From Calcarisporiella thermophila CBS 279.70 (taxonomy: Eukaryota; Fungi; Calcarisporiellomycota), in NCBI RefSeq assembly GCF_041956535.1, contig NW_027192205.1, forward strand, positions 193,785 to 257,784: a stretch of 64,000 nt of DNA. The letters are read 5' to 3'. The position numbers were made by a program, and so were the translations under genes. This document shows positions 56,143 to 64,000 of this stretch, piece by piece; positions within the stretch are counted from its first letter, which is position 1; each line of letters starts with the position of its first letter. Below the pieces are notes generated by a model that made no database searches, had not been told where the DNA came from, and worked only from the letters and a program-made list of their open reading frames with translations.

Positions 56143-56694
56143 ATGGAACCATGGCTTCACTACCCCTCCAATATCCCCTCCACCTTCACTGTCTGCACAA
56201 TGAAGTCCCCGCCTCGCATCTATGAACATCTCCCGGTCAAATACTTCTCGTCCAGCTCCTCGCTCTCCTCAATCACTTCGTCTTCATCAGATGCCTCCTC
56301 CCTCTATACCAATCACGCCCCTTCCAGCCCCCCCACCAGCTACTTGCGCAAGCGCAGCGTGAAGCCTTTACGCCGCAGTCTCAAACGCTGGTGTGTCTAT
56401 ATTGTTCCGGCCAGCATTATCCCCGTTCGATCCCCGCGTCCGCCCACATTTCCTTACCATAATGATTCCGTGTTCGATCCAGTGGCGGAGATTCCACTGC
56501 CGCGCCAAATCATTTCCAACGGAGTGTCCGAGAAGAAAAGAAAGAGCTCCTGCTTCAGCTGGCTGTCTTGGAATCGGAACCGTGCATCATCGAGACGGAG
56601 CATTGATGTGGATAGATTAATGAGGAGGACAAAAAGCGGGGGAATTCGGAGGCTGTGGGAGAGGATAAATCTTTTCTATAGAAAAAAGGGTTGA
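56143..56694 (+). CDS. Hypothetical Ser/Pro/Arg-rich protein, 183 aa
   Basis: ATG-initiated ORF after a GC-rich promoter-like region with a CRE (TGACGTCA about 56010), followed by a T-rich 3'UTR-like sequence; no recognisable domain. Confidence 0.45.
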   Translation: MEPWLHYPSNIPSTFTVCTMKSPPRIYEHLPVKYFSSSSSLSSITSSSSDASSLYTNHAPSSPPTSYLRKRSVKPLRRSLKRWCVYIVPASIIPVRSPRPPTFPYHNDSVFDPVAEIPLPRQIISNGVSEKKRKSSCFSWLSWNRNRASSRRSIDVDRLMRRTKSGGIRRLWERINLFYRKKG

Positions 56695-57297
56695 TATCCA
56701 GCTATGTCTTTACATTCCCAGTTTGCTAATACCATTTTATTCATTCTTGCGTTTTTCATGTTCATATTTTGTTTGCTTTGTGTGCATTTCTTGTTGTTCA
56801 TTTCTCGCCAATGTTTTTGTATAACGTTTATTGTGTCATTTTTTTTATTGCCCTTTTGTTCATTATCATTACCGTTATCGTTATCATAATGCTTTAATCA
56901 TAATTCCTCTTGAATTCTCCTCTGATATCTTGGCTTCGAAACACACCTTCTTGGGGTGGGCTTGTCCTACAAAATCTATCACGTTTCATTATGTATGCAA
57001 CGTTTATTACGAGGATGGGCCACCGTTTCTAGCTATTGGACATCTGCGTACTTCTCAGGCTCTGCCACGATAGATGAGCCCTATTTCTTATTAAGCCATT
57101 GCAGCAGGCCCCCTCCTACGTTTGAATGGCTCGTAGTCCGGGTGTTGATACGAATCATTTCGGGAGATACCAATATAGATATATGGCGGTGAATGGCAAT
57201 CTCATGTGTAAGCCACCACACAAATGCCGAGAAATATGAATTTTTTTGATTTATTTTCTGTGCCTATAGAGAGTGCGATCAGAGGAAAAAGAAAACG

Positions 57298-58785
57298 ATG
57301 GTAGAGAGAGAACCAAATTTACACCAGGTGTGGATGGGAGCAGATATATATCATGTCCTTCTTGCCCATGCACTTTCTACAGAGAATGTAAGGGCAGAAC
57401 AAGAGGCTAGAGCAAAATAAGATTGTAACCGTTTTCGCATCCCTCGCTAAACTCTTATACAATGCTTTGGTAGGAGGAAATCATGGGCTTACTCCTTGGG
57501 AACTGGACCGTATGGATTGCATGCTTTTCTTTCCCCTTTTATATTTACACCTCATGCCCTCATCCTTAGGAGAACGAAGGCAATGATCCAATAGCTGTAG
57601 TCACCTCGCTCCACATCACTACGCGCTCTGACAAGCGCAAGGATCGGGTGGAGCTCGGTCCCGAGCAACTGACGGAAGCGTGTGTGCATGCTGAGGTTTG
57701 CAAGCCGCCTTTTAATTGCTCTGAGACGGGTGCTTATTAATTTCCTACCTAGCGGATGGAGAAAATGACAGGAAAGACAACCAACGTTATCGGATGGGTA
57801 AAGAGTTCTCTCATTTTGGCAATTCAAGTGTTCCCTTGTGGCCTTGGCTTACGCTTCTTGTAGTATCATAGTCACCCTCACATAACCGTCAATCCTTCGC
57901 ACATTGGTAGGTGCGCTCTAATCTCGTCTCGCTTCAAAATGGCTAACCCGTTGTCTAGATCTTCGAAACCAGCTTAACCAGCAGCTGATGGATTCTCGCT
58001 TTTTTGGTATCATTATTTCATGCTTTAATACCTATCAGGAAAAGGTATGGTGATGGTTGTCTAGCATCCTCGTAACACCCTCTAGAGCTGAACCTTTTTA
58101 TTTCCTCCAGTGTCAAAACGTGCAAATTACATGCTTCCAGGCGAGGAAAGAGACGAAGTGAGCGCCCATGGTACATTATCCTATGGCTCCTTGGTTGATT
58201 TATTTTTTTTTTTGCTTTCAGCTCTACCCACCACCAGGTCGAGGTTCCGCTGCGTATCATTCCTGAAACCTACCTGCGGCCCGGAGCGCTGGAGGCATTA
58301 CTGGAGCTCCCGGAGAAAGTCATGCAAGAGCTATCCAACATGTTCAAGCAAAATTTAGAAAATACCACCGATCTTGATTCGTGAGTTGATATACCATGTC
58401 CTATAGAACATCTGTCTTTCTCCCACACTTATGCATGCCCACTATTGATGCACCTAGGCCACAAGGAAACGTGGAGCTCCCCCTAAGGATGACGAGGCTG
58501 CATCACAGTGGGCTTTATACCCGTTCCCTCTGTCATTTTGCAGACTGCCTCGTTGGCCCATTACTGCAATCCATCAATGCTCGTCATCAACGAAACCTGC
58601 TGGAGGTAATATCCTTTCCCCTATGATATCTATGGCAACGGCCCCCACGGGATTTTGAATCGATGTTTGACCTGGAATATTGCCTCCCTCTCTCTTAGAT
58701 TGAGATTTTGAAGAAGCGGGCAGAAGAACTTTCCAAAATGCTGAAAGGAAAGGAGCGGGCCCATTTGTTGATTGATTACGATTGA
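57298..58785 (+). CDS. BRCC3: BRCC36-like JAMM/MPN+ K63 deubiquitinase (about 11 short exons; not in the ORF track)
   Basis: Manual splicing gives HALSTEN|EEIMGLLLG, RSDKRKDRVELGPEQL, VIGW|YHSHPHITVNPSHI|DLRNQ (JAMM HxH..S..D), MDSRFFGIIISCF, ITCFQA and a C-terminal coiled coil. Confidence 0.9.
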
Positions 58786-58962
58786 ACTGTACTATATTGA
58801 AATATACTTGTCTTATCTATTTATCTCCCCTTCCCCATCTCCCTTCATCAAACCCTGAATTATGACGTCGACAGAATTTTAAGGTTTCCCAACCTTTTTT
58901 TGAGGTTGGGACGATTTGTGCAAACTACGAAAAAATTCTTATTTTTCTTCCACAGAACAAGA

Positions 58963-60952
58963 ATGCTCCGTCGTCAGTTGTGGAAGTCCCTGAGCCGAGG
59001 GGCCGCGCACCACCGAATCGCTCGAGGTAATGCACTATATTGCCATGCTCCGCTGAGGAGAATATCGGTGAGGATATACTAATGGCGATGTTGGTCATTC
59101 TCGATATTAGGATTGCATGCCACCAAAATAAACAATGACATTACTCGATTTAACATGCCGGCCATGTCGCCTACCATGACTGAGGGAACCATTGCCCAAT
59201 GGAGAAAGCAAGTGGTGAGTAAAGTGTGGCTATGCCATACGGCGAAAAGCAATCAATCGATGCTCATTTGCATTTATTTTGGAATTCATGATCGTTACAG
59301 GGCGATCCAGTGTCCGCCGGCGATGTCCTACTAGAGATTGAAACAGATAAGGCGCAGATCGAGGTGGAGGCTGCCGATGATGGTGTTTTGGCAAAGATCT
59401 TGGTAGGCAAAGAATCCAATCTATTTTATTTTTTTCCCTATTCATGGAAACGAATGGTGGTATTATTTATCTATATATCAGGCCGACAAGGGACAGCGGG
59501 TGGCCGTCGGCAAGCCTATTGCCTTATTGGCAGAAGAAGGCGATGACATTGCTAATATTGATGTCACGAAATATATCACCTCTGACTCTACCTCTACTCC
59601 GTCTTCCTCTCAACCTGAACCACCCAAACCCGAAAAGCCCTCCTCTACCCGGCCCTCCACCGCCGCTGCTTCATCTCCTAAAGCTCCAAAGCCTCTTTCT
59701 CCCGCGGTGGCCCACTTAATCTCTCTGCATCACATAGAGGATCCCTCCCAAATTCCTACAACAGGGCCCAACGGACGCATTCTGAAGGGCGACGTGTTGG
59801 CCTTCTTGGGGAAAATTGATAAAGACGCGCCAAAAACCGTGGCCTCCTTCAAAACGGATCCAATACCCAAAGATATCCAAGTGGCCAAGGTGATCCACCC
59901 GACCCATTCTAGAGAGATAGCACTGAACATGATCTTTAATCCAATTTCTCCTCTTTTCATCAACAGAAGGAGCCAGCACCTCCTCAGCCCACCGGACCCT
60001 CTGCTTCTTACACCGATGTGCCTCTATCCAAAATGCGCAGTGTGATTGCTGAGCGGCTTACTGCTGCAAAATCCACTATCCCGCACTCGTATGTTAGCCG
60101 CGAGATTACGGTGGATGCAATGCTGAATCTTCGGCAAACCCTGAACAATGAGCTTGGGACGAAGCTCTCCGTCAACGATTTCATCTTGAAGGCGGCTGCT
60201 AAGGCGCTTCGTGATGTGCCAAAAGCTAACGTGAGATTCGGTAAGGGTGGAGATCTGGAGTTGTTGGACGAGGTGGATATCAGTGTGGCGGTGGCGACCC
60301 CTACCGGATTGATCACTCCTATTGTGAAGTCGGCCGACATGAATGGGCTGCAGGATATCTCACGCGTGATTAAGGAGCTGGCTGAGCGGGCGAAAAAGGG
60401 AAAGCTGAAGCCCGAAGAATACCAGGGCGGGACATTCAGGTAGGAATGAATGGTTTGAAACCTGGCCTAGGGTCCGTGCTGACCTCTTTCGGCGATAGCA
60501 TTTCCAATCTCGGAATGTTCGGCATCAACCATTTCTCGGCCATCATCAATCCCCCGCAAGGGTGCATTCTCGCCGTGGGTGGGGTGAAGCAGGTAGTGCG
60601 GGCTCCGGATGTGGTTGACATCACCGAGAGAGAGAACCGTGCCAAGGAGGATATCATTGGCTATTTGGCGGGCGATTACGATACCAGTACCTCAACGAAA
60701 TCCTCTCCGCCAAAACGGGAGGAGTTGGATGTCATCGATTATTTATCGGGAGACAATCGCTCAGCCAAGGATGAGAGCATTGACGCGCTGGTACAGGCCC
60801 TAGAAAAGCGCATCCACCCCCGCTTGGAGACCTCGCAGGTGGTGCAAGTCCAACTAAGCCTTGATGAGCGAGTGATGGACGCCACGGTGGCGGGCGAGTT
60901 CTTGGACAAGCTGGACTTCTACGTGCGGAATCCCGAGAATCTTTTGTTGTAG
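58963..60952 (+). CDS. PDX1: Pyruvate dehydrogenase E3-binding protein (protein X)
   Basis: Presequence; lipoyl domain [16 protein letters not shown]; [16 protein letters not shown]; E2-like core with the catalytic DHR motif replaced by DER. Confidence 0.85.
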
Positions 60953-62950
60953 ATGGGCAATAGAGATGGAAGGAGATTTTTTTTACTATTCTAGCATTTC
61001 ACTACTTTTTTTTTCCTCGCTAAATAATTATAAAAAAAAATAGATTTTATTATAAACTTAAGGGTGAGCACAATTCTCAACAAATTCAATGAAGAATGGA
61101 AAGGTAGGTTTGAGTGACGGTAAGACAAATACTCCCAATAGGATATTTTACACAACGTATCGGTGATGCAGGTGTAAAGTCCCACTGGTGACAACAAAGA
61201 AATTCTATTTTTTGGATATCCAGCTCAAGGATCATGAACCACCCCAAGAGTTATACAGACGGCTTAAATTAAGAATACGAGCTGAAGTTTACTCGATAAT
61301 TTATACAAGCTAGCACCGGGGCACCTTAGGTGGAATATCAGCTGATGCACCTAGACGAGAAGGATGGAATGAAAATTTATCCCACACACAAAAAAAAAAT
61401 CAATGGATGGGTTGGATATATTTGTGATATCAAAGACAGCCATAACAAAAAGATATGGTCTAGCCACATTTTTGCTTGGTGGGATTCCTAGGCAACTAGG
61501 AGGAAGGAGGGGGTGGGGACAATATTAAATCTGATAGAGTAGATGGCCCACGGAAGAGAAGGAGTTCGCTTTTCGTTATCCAGAGAGAATAGATTTTCTG
61601 CATGGCGATCATGTTTAGCGACTAGTTCAGATCTCGAGGTTGAACATATAACAAAGGTGCAATAAAGTCCTATTGCTAGCTACAGAAATTTTCCTATTCT
61701 GATTATCCTGGTTTATTACCGACTAGGTACTCAGAACATCAGATTGTCTGTGGATATCGCTTGTGAAGCTTCATAAGCAGCGGTGACCCATCTTTATCAC
61801 ATTCATTTGCATCTTGTCTCGAGCATAACGAATATTTTATGGGAGCGTTGACTTTTGTGCCCTTTGGTTAGGGAGTGAACATCTGGATAGGGTGCAGAAC
61901 CTGTGGTGTTTTCCAGTCTAGTCGGTTGACAGAAATAGACCCCCTTTCGGGGAAGAAAAATGGTCAGCATTCATTGCTCTGTGTCGGGGTCAACCGCATA
62001 TCACTTCTCAAGTTGAGTGGCACTCGAGTTCCCTACTGAGCCATTCTCGGAAGGATCGGTGTGCTCACTGGCCGATGTGATGAGGAAGTCAGCAGTGAAA
62101 ATATCATCCTCTCCCTTCTTATCACAAATATTGCAGGAAAACAAGGTTAAAATCTTGCTCTACGAAGTGCCTGCGGTGAGGAGGACCATTTATGAGAAAA
62201 CTTTACGAAAAACATAAGAAAACGTGAGAACATAATAAAAATTCTTGAGAAACGGTGAGCCATGCTATTTACATTTTGCTTCTTTAAGTTTGTGACATCA
62301 ATGACTACTCTAGATTTCTCCACGGCTGGTCACTTCCTCTCGAGTGGGAGAGCATCAAAGCTGAATATACAAAAGGGATGTGTTATTATTGAAAATAAAG
62401 TAGAGCGGTTCAAATATGCTTATTTGTATGAAAGACTGCTGAAAAGTTCAAGGCTCAAGTTCTTCAAAAATAGCTCGAAATGATTATGTAGGAATCAAAG
62501 AGACGACTAGCAAAAAAAAAAAAATCATACAATAGGCTCCTTCTTGTGAAATACAGTAAAATAAACAGGATGTTATTCACTTAACCACGATGCCCTCCAA
62601 ACAGTAACAATATATATTTATACTCTTCCTTAGTAGAGAAGTTCCAATTTGAGGGGAAACAATCTTTCCACAATACCACACAATAATCTGGCAGTCAAAT
62701 CTATGTCTCGTATAAACTGATCATAAAGGAAAAATTATCTGTGTACCCTTTATTGAATATGCCCTTGGCAAGGGATAGAATATCATACTCCTCAAAAATA
62801 GGCCCAGATTATGCTCCTGAACTACACTTGATGTGTAAAACGAAAAAAAAAAGAATCTGAAAGTACCTTGGTAACTTTGAATAACAAACAAATAGCGTGA
62901 TAGCTTTTTTCTTCTAAGGATGAGAGAATTATGTGATAGCTCTGGGATAT

Positions 62951-63083
62951 TTTTTTGATTAATGCCAAGTCTTTATTGCATAGGAAGACTCTAAAATACA
63001 ATTGTTACATTATTATAAGCAATAAAGTGAAAGGGAAGCCGAAGCAAAAGCTTTGGGTGATATCGTAGCTCGAAAGGATTAGT
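62951..63083 (-). mobile_element. 5'-truncated poly(A)-tailed retroposon fragment (about 133 bp)
   Basis: Minus-strand AATAAA (62972-77), then ...CATTAATC and an A6-7 tail; flanked by target-site copies. Confidence 0.65.
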
Positions 63084-63100
63084 TGGGATAGCTCTGGGAT

Positions 63101-63442
63101 TTTTTTTTTTTTTTGATCAATCAATGGAAACTTTTATTTAATTTCCATATATTACATGAAGTTAATGTCAATGGACTTAACATAACGAGATATAGATCCT
63201 TGATCGATAGACTTTCAATCGATATGCGTGTATCGTAGTTGTCGTGAATAGCCTGTACGTGAAACCAATGTAATCTTTTGTACTTATCGTAAGGGCGATC
63301 TTATCAATAATCAAGACTCAGCTTCTGATCAAGTGGATAGCAGTCACAAACTAAGAGTGAGTGTTGGTGGGGGAAGTGGGATTCGAACCCACGCCGTTCT
63401 CATCGGCATCCCAGGGATAGTCCACTACACTAACCCTCCCCC
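63101..63442 (-). mobile_element. Full-length tRNA-derived SINE (342 bp)
   Basis: Head with A box TAGTGTAGTGG, B box GGGTTCGAATCCC and tRNA-like fold ending ACCA; body without any T4 run; 3' stem-loop ATGGAAA/TTTCCAT containing AATAAA; A14-15 tail; perfect 17-bp TSD. Confidence 0.85.
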
Positions 63443-63519
63443 TGGGATAGCTCTGGGATATGCAGGATATCTCGAAGATTACATGATTACTATTTTTCCA
63501 ACCAACAAATTTCAAAAAT

Positions 63520-63592
63520 GGTTCTATAGTGTAATTGGTTAGCACCCAGGACTCTGAATCCTGTAATCTGAGTTCGAGTCTCAGTAGAACCA
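63520..63592 (+). tRNA. tRNA-Gln (anticodon CTG), intronless
   Basis: Acceptor stem GGTTCTA/TAGAACC; D arm; CAGGA-CTCTGAA-TCCTG; T arm CTGAG-TTCGAGT-CTCAG; T6 terminator about 63619-63624. Confidence 0.95.
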
Positions 63593-63857
63593 AGCCTATA
63601 TCTTTGTAAGAATAACTCTTTTTTGATATTCAATTGTTTTTTCATGCACAAATTTTCTTACAAGAGCATCAGATTTGTATACCCAAGTCATTTGAAGAGT
63701 CTACCTAATAAAACACAAATGAAGTAATAAAGGTGAAAAACTATTGGAAATCCCCATAAAAAGGGTATCAATCGGTTCCTCTCGACGAGGGGAACGTCCC
63801 TATGCCCTTCAAAAGGAGAAAAACATCAATAAATAATGAGAAAAACGCAAAAAACTA

Positions 63858-63879
63858 CTCCGAATCGGGGAGTCGAACC
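63858..63879 (-). pseudogene. 3' fragment of a tRNA gene (Glu/Asp-like)
   Basis: GGTTCGACTCCCCGATTCGGAG followed by TAGTTTTTT (Pol III terminator); 5' portion absent. Confidence 0.6.
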
Positions 63880-64000
63880 ATAATACTTTTATTTCTTTTG
63901 TGACATCAAAGACAACTGTAATATAGAGATCTAGTCTAGTCACATCTTCTCGAGAGGGGGAGCCTCAAGGGAGAACTGCGGGGCGAGAAAGCGAAGGAAA

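Larger units (their letters stand above)
62932..63461. repeat. Triplicated 17-19 bp target site T(G/T)GATAGCTCTGGGAT
   Basis: Copies at 62932-62950, 63084-63100 and 63443-63461; the first two are immediately followed by poly-T. Confidence 0.9.

Noticed and set aside
61866-61873. CCCTAACC on the minus strand as a telomerase RNA template
   Set aside because: An 8-mer is expected by chance in 64 kb, and no U-rich/A-rich pseudoknot follows
62066-62110. Hammerhead-like TGATGA...GAAA
   Set aside because: C3 is missing and stem II does not pair
63365-63395. LTR-retrotransposon primer binding site (TGGTGGGGGAAG...)
   Set aside because: No upstream LTR ending in CA and no gag/pol; better explained as the antisense of the SINE head
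63365-63442. tRNA-Sec, tmRNA or a functional tRNA-Leu
   Set aside because: 7/5 acceptor/T fold rather than 9/4, no TCA anticodon, no G3:U70 pair, no proper anticodon arm; it is embedded in a TSD-flanked poly(A) element
62932-63461. CRISPR-like repeat/spacer array
   Set aside because: Eukaryotic context, spacers of 133 and 342 bp with poly(A) tails, no cas genes
63351-63593. 80-aa and 69-aa ORFs near the right end
   Set aside because: They overlap the tRNA gene and SINE; spurious

Overview
Eukaryotic, intron-dense fungal DNA with short GT-AG introns of about 50-100 nt. It is most likely an early-diverging fungus (Mucoromycota-like), because it retains the U11/U12 snRNP 35K, BRCC36 and STK19 genes. 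About 25 mostly housekeeping genes are tightly packed: CCH1 (partial), NADPH-P450 reductase, UBA1, SNRNP35, TIM44, TERT, YAK1, UTP23, glycogen synthase, BCS1, a UBC4-like E2, a TLC protein, a rhomboid, STK19, PAT1, RPS21, a phosducin-like protein, STE24, an RTC4-like protein, a KAR5/Tht1-like protein, a secreted GGT, BRCC36 (absent from the ORF track) and the PDH E3-binding protein. There are two accessory zones. The first is an AT-rich island at 39.6-41.8 kb with a TA-flanked MITE, a zinc-finger relic and a disrupted orphan ORF. The second is the right end, where a tRNA-Gln gene has two poly(A)-tailed insertions stacked at one duplicated 17-bp site 61-77 bp upstream. One insertion is a complete tRNA-headed SINE. 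This is the best candidate for an undescribed system: tRNA-gene-targeted non-LTR retroposition in a fungus. A strongly self-pairing non-coding segment upstream of TERT is a second lead. Exon boundaries were read by eye and no database searches were run.
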